NCBI GenBank assembly: GCA_012295275.1
Contig: CM022674.1
Location: 8,494,001-8,558,000, forward strand
DNA: 64,000 nucleotides
DNA from: Chrysomallon squamiferum
Lineage: Eukaryota > Animalia > Mollusca
Direction: 5' to 3'
Shown: one piece after another, positions 48,929 through 61,210 of the stretch
Layout of the letters: each line of letters begins with the position of its first letter
Numbering within the stretch: position 1 is the first letter of the stretch
The notes under the pieces: model-generated
What the model saw: the letters and a program-made list of their open reading frames with translations, nothing else
Told to the model about the DNA's origin: nothing
The model's database searches: none
Program-made: the position numbers and the translations under genes

Positions 48929-51900
48929 ATGCCAGGAGCTTTTATAATTTGGTATGAACATGATGGAGTATTGACTGGTCGTTCTAATACAACTAACTGC
49001 ACTGATGGAGTTCAATGGATTTGGAAATTAATGAGAGACTGTGTCTATGGAGTACACGGTGAAATTTCTACTATTCTTGGATTACTGTCCATCCTTACAT
49101 GGATGTGTGTTGGCATACCGTGAGCATTTTAAAAAATTTGCTTCTTAATAGTGAACAAATCCAGTCATGTATATTTTTAAATCCTGTAAACAAATATGGT
49201 AATATGAATTGTTCTGATTTGTTATTAATGTTGAGAATGTTTGTGTAAGCTTTAATCTATACATTATTTTTTTTAATTAATTTTCTATTATTTTTGAAAT
49301 TTTAATTTCAGTTATAATGAAATATATATGAAATTAAAAAAGCACAGAAATATTGTTTTTATATACATAAATAATTATTATTAAAAAAAAAATACTAATA
49401 GTTAACTTTATCTGATGTATTTTAAAATATATGTTTATTCAACAGTCAGATGGTTAAAAACTGTCAAAACCTTAAAGGTATGGTTGGTATCTCATTTTGG
49501 CTAATGATGCAGTGGTTTCTAGGAGATACTGCCAACCTGATAGGTTCAGTTTTAAGCAACCAGCTTAAAATTCAGGTATTTTAATATTTTCATAAATAGT
49601 GCCTTTTTAAAAAACAAAAAATTGAAAAATGCTGTTTCTATTTATTTTGAAAATGTTGATTCTTGAAGCTTTATTTATAAATATATTTCAGCAAGTCTCA
49701 TTTTTTATCGTTATCTATCAGTCTGTATATATCAATATTATACTCACTTGGTATTATTTACTAGTTGAATTTAAAAACAAATTTCTCTTGTAATTTTCTT
49801 CATTAGATTCATTTTTAATTGTTTCCATATCTAAATTAAAAGATGTTGCCTAATCTTTTTAAAATTTTTCTTGTTGCCTTTACATCTTTATTACCTAGAT
49901 ATATTGGCAGATTTGGGAAATGTTATAACTAGATTTTCAACTATGTCTTTCCTTTTAAAAAAAAAAAATTTTGTTTTTAATACTTCAGATTTACACAGCT
50001 GTATGGTTTGTTACTGCAGATTTCATTCTTCTCATGCAGTATGTAGCATTTAGATGTCAAAAGAGAAAACAAAAAAAAGGTTTGAAATGTTAAATCTGAC
50101 ACACTGTTTGCAATATTTACAGTTGCAAAATGTGTCAGTAATATCACTGTTTTATTATGAAAACCTAATCCAAGGGTTGATTATTATTAAATATTCCTAA
50201 AAAACGTCACTAATATGGATAGTAATAGTTTAAGATGAGTGGTGTGTTACCTAGCTTTAAAAATGCAAACTTTAAGATAATGAAATTTTAATCTTGTAAA
50301 TATAAAATTACTTTTCATTTATTTCTAAATGGCATTACAATGGAGGTTAAGATTTTAAATTTAAATTTGAAACGTAAATAAAAAATAATATGTATGTATG
50401 TGTGTTATTATTATTATTATTCATTAATAGAGAAATCGCTGTTATTCTTTTTCTTTTAAAGTGAAAGTTATATAATTTTTTATTGTCAGCTGTTCCTGCT
50501 ACTCCAAACACAGCCATCCTCTGTGTATCCGGATTGTTTCTATTCAGTATTTATCTTGACTTTCTCAGTCCTAATATAGGGACAAGTGTTCCCTTTAAAC
50601 ACCATGCTGCAGGCAGGAATCTCCTGGGAACTGATGTGAAGATGCACATCTTTGTGGTAAATGAAATTGACATTTAGAATCTTAGAGTTGTATCTGAATC
50701 ACATACACTTTTAAATTAAATAGCTTGAAATAAAATGTAATAAATTGACATTAGTAATTTAGTAAGAATGGTGTGTCAGTCATGTAAACTAACTTGTTAT
50801 CTAAAAGTAATATTTTAAAAATGTCAGATATCTTTACTTTTTGCATCCAACATTTGTACTTGATGTCAACTTATTTTTCATTGTTTTTCTTTGATCTAAG
50901 ATGCTAATATTTTTAAAACACTTATTTCATTCAGAATTTTTTTTTTTTTTTTTTTTTTTCACTAATTGTGGAAGGTAATCTTCCACAATTAGTGATAATT
51001 GTTTTTAAAATATTAGCATCTGTTTATGTATATTTTTATTGTACTCATCATTAGAAGTGATGTAAATAAATCAGTGGCATTATATTACTCTTGCTGCATA
51101 CTTATTGCATTTACCAAAAATTATTTTCACTCATGTTTATTATAAATAAAATAATAAAAGAATGAATTAAAATTAAGTAACATTTTATTTCATTAAGTAA
51201 ACTAAATATGCATTATTATCATAATTACCTAAAGTTATTTTTTATTTCTGTGTGTTAGGGGGACAAAATTCTTTTGCATTTTTAACTTAATACCCAAAAA
51301 TAAAAGTGAAGTGGTTTTGATCTTGTTTCAGAACAGTTTGGATATCTCTGGTTATGCTGCTGGCGTGGTTTCTTCAGTTTTCTATGTTGGGTCACGTCTT
51401 GCTCAGATTTATAAAAATGTAATTACAACTTGAAATTTCCATTTAATGATAAACAGATATACATATATGCATGTTATTACCTAGCAATTGTAATTATTAA
51501 CAAACTGTTATAAATCTACATCCTATTACTCAGAAAATACTTAAGCAATAAATCATTCAAAGCAAATATATATAAATTATTTTAATTCATAATGTTGCAC
51601 CAGTGTTTGAATTTCAAGTATGATCTGAACAAAACTGATGTTTTTTGTTTTCAGCTGAATCATATTCATCTATTTTGTTTGAATTCACTAAACAAATCTG
51701 AGTAATGATTATTAAAAATTACTTCAGAATGAAATAAAAATATCTTAAAAATTATTTTTGACTACAATATATTATAACAAAAATTTTCAAATCAATCCCT
51801 TCTTCAGTAATCACTTTTGTAACACAATTATTTATTTTTAAATGTTTCCTTTTTTACAGTATAAACTGAAGTCAACAGAAGGATTGTCTAAACTGATGTT

Positions 51901-52555
51901 TTTCATGGCAGTACTTGGAAATGTTTTGTACGGTGGTGCCATTGTTGTCCGATCACTGAATGGAATTTTCATCATCAGACATTTACCATGGATTGTAGGA
52001 AGTCTTGGGATTGTCTTCTTGGACATCACAGTATCCTTTTAATCATCTGAATTGTTCTTCTTTAAAATTTTAAAATATGTTTGTTGAATAATAAATATAA
52101 TTAAAAAATATTGGTAAAATATTTATTCTAATAAATCAGCATAAATATATTTTACATTTTTTTTTTTTAAATAATTAAAAGTTCAGTATATGTCAGTAAT
52201 TTCTATAATCTATAATATATTATTTTTGTCAAATCACTATATTTTAGTTATTTTTAATCTCAATAAAAAATATCATCAATTTATGTTTGGATCAAAGGGT
52301 GACTACTCTGAAAAGTGGATATTAAACTAAAGTTAACTTTAACAGATTGAAATATGTGTATATTTATGTAACCAGTGCCTCGTCTGTAATTTAAACAGAT
52401 TAGAAAGTTCGTTTTCTTTAACACATTTTCAGCTTTTATTCCAGTTCCGATACTATGAACAAAGAAACTTTGATTCCTTAGCAAGAGAGCCACTGTTAAG
52501 AGATCAGGAGATCACAGTTGAACCAGATACCTCTTATTCTGTTAACGTATCCTGA
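48929..52555 (+). CDS. SLC66A1: Lysosomal cationic amino-acid transporter PQLC2/LAAT-1, 319 aa, 7 coding exons (48929-49119, 49446-49575, 49989-50079, 50490-50656, 51332-51418, 51860-52030, 52433-52555)
   Basis: NCTDGVQWIW...DCV N-terminus, GIPQMVKN first PQ loop, WFLGDTANLIG, GRNLL loop, SRLAQIYKNY..KSTEGLS, HLPWIVGSLG, C-terminal EPLL. Exons sum to 960 nt. Confidence 0.94.
50959..50995. repeat. Perfect 16-bp inverted repeat with 5-nt loop, next to a long T run
   Basis: TCACTAATTGTGGAAG-gtaat-CTTCCACAATTAGTGA. Confidence 0.95.
52031..52432 (+). other. U12-type GT-AG intron in PQLC2
   Basis: 5' GTATCCTTT and branch TTCTTTAAC about 10 nt before the AG. The frame is restored (LDIT|LLFQF). Confidence 0.9.
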
Positions 52556-54595
52556 TAGTTGAAATCAAAACATGGCTATTTCTATATTCCATAAACAGGA
52601 CATATTTATGTCACAAATAATTTGCTCAATTATCTTTCAATACTGTTAAAGAGGACTAAACGACTTTATAATATTGCTGTTGTTATTTATTGCTAAAGTT
52701 AACATAAACAGATTGAAATATGTGTCTATTTATATAACCAGAGCCTATTGCTGTTGTTATTTAATGAGATGAAAGCTTGTGAATATCAGGAAATGTTTTA
52801 TATTAATATTATGAACCATTCAGTTAATATTTTTGATGTATCTAAATTTCAAATCTCTAAAAAGATCTGAAGATTTTTTCTTGAAGAAAATCCTATTTAT
52901 TTCTTGACAATTACTACATTTATTTAGTTTATAATATATATATGTATATATATTTATTTTTTTAATCACAAATAGTGAGCAAGCAGATACTAACTATATT
53001 CTAGTACATTATTGTCATTTTTGGGATGTTTTTTTATCCTAACAAATAAAATACTCAATAACATAATCATTCCCATTAAAAATTTCTGATTTATATATAA
53101 CTTTTGTATAGAATATAGTTCATGATTTGTATGTGAATTGTTTCCATAAAAATATCTTTTAAATAGCTAAGTAAATTCATTCCCACATTAAATTACATTA
53201 AATAAAAGGGGGCTATGGAAATAATTTTCATATACAGCTGTTGGTGATATTTGCATTTGTTTAATATGAGTCTCTCTTATTAGTTTTAATTTATAAATAT
53301 TATCTCTTTTTTTCTAGTTTTCTATGTGTAATCTTTTAAAAAATATATTTAATAATTAGAAGCATATATAAAAGAATAAGACCCAGAATTTTATTTATTT
53401 ATAAAAAATATATAACTTCTTGATTTTCAGTTTTCATCACTATATGCAAGTGTATTTCTAATCTTCATATATATTCTACAACATTCGGAAAAAATAATTC
53501 TGTATGTACTACTCATATCATTATTTTCTTAATATAGAATTCTAACAATTACATTAATTATTATTATTATACCATATTTATATATCACGTTTTTCACATA
53601 TATACTAGGTAAGTTCAAGCTTTATAGTGTAAACTAATAAACTAAAATATAAAAAGATATGGACATAAATGTATTAAAATAAATGTTAAAATGGTGGTAA
53701 GAATAAATGTCATATTTAATAATTGTATAAGATATTTAGTAGACTAGCTTGAACATTTTAAAATTTGAAAAATAAAACAACTATATATTAACAAAGCGGA
53801 TTTGAAAGAAATTGGTCTTTAGTAGGGTTTAGAATACAGTTGTTTCAGCCTCATTAATGTTACTTCGGAGTGAGTTCCACGAAGTTGGTTCAGTGTAACT
53901 GTAAAACCTCTGACTGAATGTAGTTGTTCTTATTCTTGATATTACTAATATTAATGAATTGTATGATTATAGAGTCTTACTTCCACCATGTCCTTGATCT
54001 ACTCTGGGGAATCAAGCCTTGTATTATTTTTTGCTTCTGTATCTGTTTTTGTTTTAAAGCTTACAGAAATGAATATTGATATTGATAAAAACCTTGACGG
54101 GTGTGGTTTTCCTTGTTTGGCAGTAACAGTAATAATACTGACATGTATGTGGTGCCTCTACAACAAAAATATTTACATGTGTTTCTTAATGAGATTAACC
54201 AAATCATTGTGATATTAAAATAAAAAATTATTCTTCTTCCATGTCAAAGTGTTATTTTTTTTCTTTCCTCATGGGTTTTTAACCATACTGATTTTGCAGC
54301 ATAAAGAAAGACAATCACTAAGTAACAGGTTTCATTCAATTAATTTGAAAAAAAAATTTGGGTAACATGTTTATTTCATTCATAGATCAATAAACATTTT
54401 CAAATGAACAACTGAGAAACAGATAAATAAAAAGTGATGTATTTTTTTAAGAAATACTAACTTGATTATGGTCCTCTGAACAACTGAGTGTGATGGTCTA
54501 AGATTTAAAGATAAGAGATGTTTCCAACTATAAATGTCATATATCACAACTGGTTTAATAATAAATACAACAGCTCAGACTATACAATGTAAAAA

Positions 54596-55285
54596 TCATG
54601 GTTTGTCCATGCAATCTGCATTTTCAGCTTTGGCTTTCATCGCAGCTTTGTATTCTTGAGCTAGAGCTGGATTTTCAGCCTCCCATTTCTCAGCAGTATT
54701 TTTTTGTAGCCAGTCTGAGGATTTAATTTGTGACTGAAGAGTTGTCAATAGATCTTCTAATGATTCACCATCTAAAACAAGGTTATATTAACTGCCTATC
54801 TTTATTCAAAATTGCAGTAATTGTCACATGTTAACATTTTGTTTAGTAAGATTCAAATCTTAAACCTCATTAGAGGCTGCCCTGATTTTACTCCAAATGA
54901 CAATAAGTTTACAACTTGTCTAGAATGTTCCAAATATTCCCCCAAAAATATGTCTTATTTGAAAATGTTAACAAATTCTAGACATTTTGTCTCCTGCTGA
55001 TGCATCATTGGATCAAAATTAGGGCAGCCTGCACTACACTTAGTTCAGTCATTAAATAAAATATTTTTTTCTTGAAGAATGATGAATATTATAAATTACA
55101 AGGCCAGCATGAAATCTCAAAGATACAAAAATAAATTTTATTTAAAACATTATATTTAACAGAAGTAAATTTCTAATGCAAAATATTCACTAACCTCTAA
55201 ATGCACCATTCATTTCATCATTCATCTGTTTTGCTTCAGACTGTGAGGATGTGTCCCCTCCAGCTGACGAGGCATTTTTAGACAT
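54596..55285 (-). CDS. Uncharacterised 88-aa protein, 2 coding exons (55285-55195, 54771-54596)
   Basis: ATG 55285, phase-1 GT-AG intron, open frame to TGA, upstream acceptor at about 55314, minus-strand AATAAA at 54375-54370. Missed by the ORF track because it is spliced. Confidence 0.72.
54873..55031. mobile_element. Small hairpin MITE (about 160 bp) in the intron of the 88-aa gene
   Basis: aggctgccctgattttactccaaatga is inverted to tcattggatcaaaattagggcagcct. An inner tgtctagaat/attctagaca pair is also inverted. Confidence 0.7.
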
Positions 55286-55999
55286 GGATGATATGGTTGA
55301 TTATACTGAGAAACTGAAAATATAATAGTTTGTTCAATTAAGAAAAATACTAATAAATAATGTACCTGCCATTTAAAATAACACTGAATAATGATTACTG
55401 CAATAATTTTTTAATACAGATTAACATTATTACTTTAATTATCTAGCTATGTGACAAAAACCATCTCTCTTAGTCTCTACTGCAATAAAAGGTTGCCTGA
55501 TTTTTATGACATGAAATAGCTTTCCTTGAAAGTTACAACTCTTGCATTCTATCTTTGACATGGGATCTTTGTTAAGTTTTAAAACTATGGAGAATCACCA
55601 GATACGTTTAACATTTCGAAATGTCTAGGGTAAGTTTAAATTATACGTGAGCTGTGGATTATTCCTTTTCTCATCGTCTTCCAAATAATATATTTATGTT
55701 GGTTTGAAACTATACGTGATATTCAGTGTTTATGTAGCCAACTGAATGAAATGAAACTGTTTCTCCACTGATTTTATTAAGTGTTTAATAACTGTTATTT
55801 TATTATATATTATATTATTTATATATTATTATATATCAGTGTTATCAAATAAATTTTGATGGGCCATTTTTATCGTTTGTTTGCTCTTTCAGATGATATA
55901 TAATTTTATATGAAAATTTGTGACACAGGCCTAACTAGTAACTAAATTATTACAGTGGTTTTACTATTATTGTAGTATTAGTATTAAACTGAAGGAATC

Positions 56000-56033
<34 letters not shown>

Positions 56034-56154
56034 TTAACATATTATTTGTCGTAAATATCATAATTTTAACTATATAATTCACTAATTGCTAACAATTTTC
56101 ACGAAGCAACTGCTACCATAGACATTAATAAGAAAACCTGTACTATATTCTTAC

Positions 56155-56260
56155 TAATAACGAAGCTCGGACTGCTAGGTACTGTTCTTCCGATGTATTT
56201 CCCGCCTTATAGTGCAGAGTTGGTTTTTGTAGGTGTCTGTCTTAGTGTATTTTCCTCCTT
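56155..56260 (-). promoter_or_regulatory. Candidate first exon and promoter of the 88-aa gene with an E2F consensus site
   Basis: Minus-strand donor GTAAGA at 56154, TTTCCCGCC at 56198-56206 and a CpG cluster. Confidence 0.45.
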
Positions 56261-56924
56261 CCGATATTACTCATATTAGCTATTTAATTATAATAAATAT
56301 ATACCTGATATTTTACTGCTGCCTTATTGTTTAATTTTATTCAGAATTAATTATATACATTACTAAATAAATAATTAAAATTTTGTCTGAATTCAGTTCG
56401 TCTTTTCTTCTTTTTTTTCAGTTAATTAAAATTCTGAAATTCATAATTGATAGAATTATTCTTGATTACTTAGCTGAATTTTGCACAATTTTGGATGGAA
56501 GCGTAATCGTTGGTTCTTTTTTCTTTCTTTCTTCCTTCTATTCTTTTTTTTTTTTTTTTTTTAATGTTCATCTATAATTGTAAAATCCTGAAAAATCTCA
56601 AGTTATTCCAAGATTTAAAGTCGTGCAGTTGCCTTGTAACATCGTGAATTTGATTTCAGATAAGTTAAAAAAAAAAAAAAAGGTTTCTTCCCTTTGGTAG
56701 CATCTTAAATCCTTAGCAACCTAAAATGGCATATTAATTTATTCTGTTCTGGTAGAATGGAATTATAAAAGTCTTATTATTATTGAGTTTTTCAGGTTAA
56801 AATTTAATATACTAAAGGTAAACTATAAAGGTTTTTGATATTAAGTTCAGTTTCTGTCAGTATCTAACTGAACCATTCAGGAGTAGACTCATTCATTCAG
56901 AAAACAGGAAGACCTATCATTTGC

Positions 56925-57025
<101 letters not shown>

Positions 57026-57707
57026 CTTATAAAATCATATAATTGTGATTATATATAATATTTTAGGTTGTATATGTGTTTGTTAGTTAAAGTGTGTGCG
57101 TATGTTTGTGCGTGCGTGTATATTATTTTTGCTGTTTGTATTGTTGTTTCTTGTTCCGTTTTTATAATCAGTCATGATCTAATTTTCTTTGAATATGTCG
57201 AAACAGAAGTTATAAGTTATGAATAATATCATGATCAAATTTACACAAATTTATGACTTTCTGTTACTACACAAATTTCACAACAAGAAATATTATAAAT
57301 AGTAATATTTTGGCCTAGTATTACCTTAACATTATAAGTTTACTTTTATTTATTTATTTTTAATTTTAGTGGGGAAATGACTTAATTAAAAATTAGTTCT
57401 TGCGATGACATGAGTATAAATAACGTAGACAGATAATACTACTTTATTCATTACCAGATGATGATAATTTTCTCTAAATAATTTTGTCTTCCACATTCAT
57501 TTAACGTTTTGTCGCTTTGATACGTTTTATAACTCAAATCGGTTGATTTATTCACCATTTCAGGAATGATATAGCTTTTACAACTCTCGACCTCAAAACA
57601 TTTGTACACAGCTGATCAACTGATCCGCTGATCCATGAAATATACCGACAACGCTTGTTTTTTATTATTATTATTATTTAATCTATTCTTTTATTTTATA
57701 TATAAAC

Positions 57708-57875
57708 ACAAACACACACACACACATACATACATACATACATACATACATACATACATACATACATACATACATACACACATACATATATACATACATA
57801 CACTCTTACATACATACATACATACATATATACATACATAAATACACACATACATACATACATACATATATACAA
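57708..57875. repeat. (CA)n/(TACA)n microsatellite
   Basis: Read directly from the sequence. Confidence 0.97.
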
Positions 57876-58272
57876 ACATTTATATTTTCTCGATTGTGCT
57901 TTTCAGTATCAGGACAAATTTGTACTTATTTAATTACACTACAATTATCCTTCGTTAAATTTATGACAACCATATTTTCTTTTTCTAGTATATTTACTGC
58001 TTCTACTGCTGGAGATAATGATGTTCATGTATACTGCAGTAATAATGTAATATTGTTTAAACAAACAAACGACATCCTTTTAAAGCTGTGATAATTGTTT
58101 ATTTTTTTCATATTAGTACACTGATAAGCAAACACATAAATAAAGGTTCTGTTGTTGTGTTGTTTTTATTAGACAGACGGAATAAGGTGTAAAAACAATT
58201 TGGAAACACGTACACTACTACTCATACACATACTTACTATATAATTCGATATTTACACACACACACCACACT

Positions 58273-58276
<4 letters not shown>

Positions 58277-58311
<35 letters not shown>
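58277..58311. repeat. (GA)n microsatellite
   Basis: Read directly from the sequence. Confidence 0.97.
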
Positions 58312-58317
<6 letters not shown>

Positions 58318-58327
58318 AATATTTTAT

Positions 58328-59311
58328 TTAAAAATGAGTTGAAAAATTTAATCTTCGGTCAGATTTTGACTCCGTGGACGGATTATTACGAACTACCTGA
58401 GAACTGTTATAAAAATCACAAAGGGAATCCTGATTCAAATTCCAGCTGAGATGCTGATTATTTGTCCTAAGTTTAATATCCGGGCACTTTACTTTATGAT
58501 ACAAACGTTTCGCATATTCTTCACTATCAAAATGAAAACTACGACCACGGCCGAAATGAAGGCGTGTATCGCGGTTTTGTGTAAACACCGGTTTCTTGTT
58601 GAGAAAGGTATGAAAATTTGAGATATCGCTATAAGAAGGAGCCCAAATGAGAGGTTTGACTGGAACATACTCGCTAGGATTTGCAAAGCGATTCTGTTTC
58701 TTAAGCATGCGTAAATCGTCAGTTTCTTTTCCAAAATTCGAATCTTGTCTAACATGCGTCCTATCACTGGACGGACCGTAGCTGTCGTTCAGATCATTGC
58801 AACGTCCGTGGAACAAACTGCGATGACCAGGTCCTGGGTGTGAAGCCGTCGACTTTTTATGTTTGTCTTCACTAAGAATATTGTCCTCCGAGTGATTAGA
58901 ATTACTTCTGCAAATATATCGAGGTATTTTCGAATAATCTGGGTATTTTGAAGTATCTGCCGTTTCTAGGAAATCTGCTTTGGTCACTGAATAATATTTA
59001 TGCACAAAAGACGGGACAGTAGCTTTGGGTACCTGGAACTTGGCAACATGGGTTGATTCCCCCACTTTAACTGGTCGTATGTTTATAGTAGCTGTCTGCG
59101 ATCTCTTAGATATCCGAGATTTAAGTCTGGGTTTGAAATTTGTATCAGAAGCAAATGAAATCTTAGCCGTAGGAACTGGTCCTTCGTCTGGCAAAGTATG
59201 TTCGACGTTCGCTTGTAAGGAATGAACACATGTACTTCCGGAGGGCCCATGTTTTCGTGTTCTTGATTTCAGTGTAGACGATGTCCCGCTAGACTGAGAT
59301 GTTATGGACAT
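58328..59311 (-). CDS. Uncharacterised 327-aa S/R/K-rich protein, single coding exon
   Basis: 984-nt uninterrupted frame in very AT-rich DNA from ATG 59311. An upstream acceptor (about 59418) and donor GAG|GTAAAT (about 59522) suggest a spliced 5' UTR. No domain recognised. Confidence 0.7.
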   Translation of the reverse strand: MSITSQSSGTSSTLKSRTRKHGPSGSTCVHSLQANVEHTLPDEGPVPTAKISFASDTNFKPRLKSRISKRSQTATINIRPVKVGESTHVAKFQVPKATVPSFVHKYYSVTKADFLETADTSKYPDYSKIPRYICRSNSNHSEDNILSEDKHKKSTASHPGPGHRSLFHGRCNDLNDSYGPSSDRTHVRQDSNFGKETDDLRMLKKQNRFANPSEYVPVKPLIWAPSYSDISNFHTFLNKKPVFTQNRDTRLHFGRGRSFHFDSEEYAKRLYHKVKCPDIKLRTNNQHLSWNLNQDSLCDFYNSSQVVRNNPSTESKSDRRLNFSTHF

Positions 59312-60223
59312 TTTCACACCAGCAAAACATTACTTTAATTTATGTCCTTGTAGATTATTAACTCGTTTAAAGCATCCATTCAGTTTATTTCTTAGTTTTT
59401 ATCTCATAAAGCTGCAACTGAAATAATAAACGCTGAAGTTAAACCTAACTTCTTGAAATCCAGTCCACACTATACTCTAAGGATAACTGTATGACATTAT
59501 TACAAAAAGTTTATATATTTACCTCCAAATCATTTCCATGGATACGATAACTGTTGTAATCTTCCAGATAGGTATATTATTGTTTATCACACGTTTTCAG
59601 TATCGTGAAATCACTTCCTTCCTTAGATCTTCATTCTCTATGATCTCTGCCAGTCCACATTAATACAGAGTAATTTGTATTTCAGATATTCGCTTGTTAA
59701 TTCCGAATGTACGATTATACGTCCTATTAGGACATGTTATACATTTATGACTACGTGTTCTTGTTATTTATTTTCTGACATACAATCATCTGAATTAAAA
59801 CTATTTTCCCTAACTTTCTTTCTTGAAGAACATTTAATACAATGGAGGCTTTACCCCCACGTGTATTACACCAGCTCTCTGCCTGACCCGTTCAAATAAC
59901 ATAATCTTATTATGCACGGAACGTTAACCCTATTACAGTTACGTTCATAATAGACGTTTGATGGAATAAGCAAACAGTAATTTGCACAAATCGCTGTTGA
60001 TCTGTTTATTCGAGCGTCAGGACTTTTGAAAATGTTCTTTACACGGACCACACGTAGCGAATGAAATTATGCAATGGGGCACGAATCGTCAAGTCTCCAT
60101 GTTTTGTCACCCTTTCATATGTTCATTAAATTATAATACTGATTTTTTTTTTTTTGCTGCAGCTGTGTCTGTCTTGTATTTGAAAATAATACCACAGTAG
60201 ATCACTCCTATCGTAATATATAC

Positions 60224-60227
<4 letters not shown>

Positions 60228-60255
<28 letters not shown>
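60228..60255. repeat. (TG)n microsatellite
   Basis: Read directly from the sequence. Confidence 0.95.
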
Positions 60256-60825
60256 ATACGTTATCAAATGGTAGAGACCACTAGCATTAAAAGCTACAGA
60301 CACATTATACGCACACAAACGCCAAGTCAAGCACGTACAAAAGAAATGCATATTGTTAGACACTACAAAGATAATAATAAACGTGTATAATATGTCGGTC
60401 GTTCACTTCCTGAAGATAAATCATAATCGGATTACTCTGGAAAAAGCGATTTACCATATTTTTTTTCTATTGTATTTATTTTTTAAATCTTAAAAGAAGT
60501 TATCGCCCAACAAGCTTAATACGTTTGGTGTACTTCAGTTAATTCATAGACTCGAAAAATGTCAAAAAATATGAAGTAGTTTGTAAATCCTGCACGATTA
60601 AGTAGCTATCTGATAGCTTCCTGTAAGAACTGGCAGTAATCTTCGGAGCCAGGACATTTGGTGACTGAACGTTTTTTAAGTTAGCAGATGTTTTACTCTG
60701 TATTTTGCTAACATTTTTATTTTACTGCTAAAGTCATATAGAAATGAATAAACCAATCCCTAAACTTGTTGAGTAACCAGCATAGAAACAAAGAGATTAT
60801 GGATCCTGATCTTTGGCAATTTTTG

Positions 60826-61203
60826 TCTCGGTTTACGAATAATGTTCCGATTTACGAACTACAGCGACGCGCCACGTCAAGCTTTCTATTGATGTCAACA
60901 TCTAGTAAAGATAACAATAGATGCTTACGTCAAAGTAAGGATTACAGGCATACCCTATACTACAGCAAATCTGTATGATGAATTAGGGACTTTAGTCTTC
61001 GATACGCAGTTGCAGCTCAATAGCTTTTGCAATGAAATTGTGCGGTCGACTTTTTAAAAATTGTTTTTGCTTTTATGGGCATATTTTTTTTTTATTGTAC
61101 CTTGTCAATATGGCGCCCAAGAAAACAAAAAGTGAAAGCGATTATGTTCGGTTTACGAACCAAGTTCTGGAACGAATTAAGTTCGTAACCCAAGATGCCA
61201 CTA
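60826..61203 (+). mobile_element. Internally deleted pogo/Tigger-like DNA transposon remnant
   Basis: Repeated CGGTTTACGAA motifs, right end ttcgtaacccaagatgccacta resembling a mariner-type TIR, and a short ATG GCG CCC AAG AAA (MAPKK) at 61110. Confidence 0.6.
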
Positions 61204-61210
61204 TGTAGAA

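Noticed and set aside
57635-57879. ORFs with HTYI/MYVC repeats (also 3011-3229 and 10325-10555)
   Set aside because: They are translations of microsatellites.
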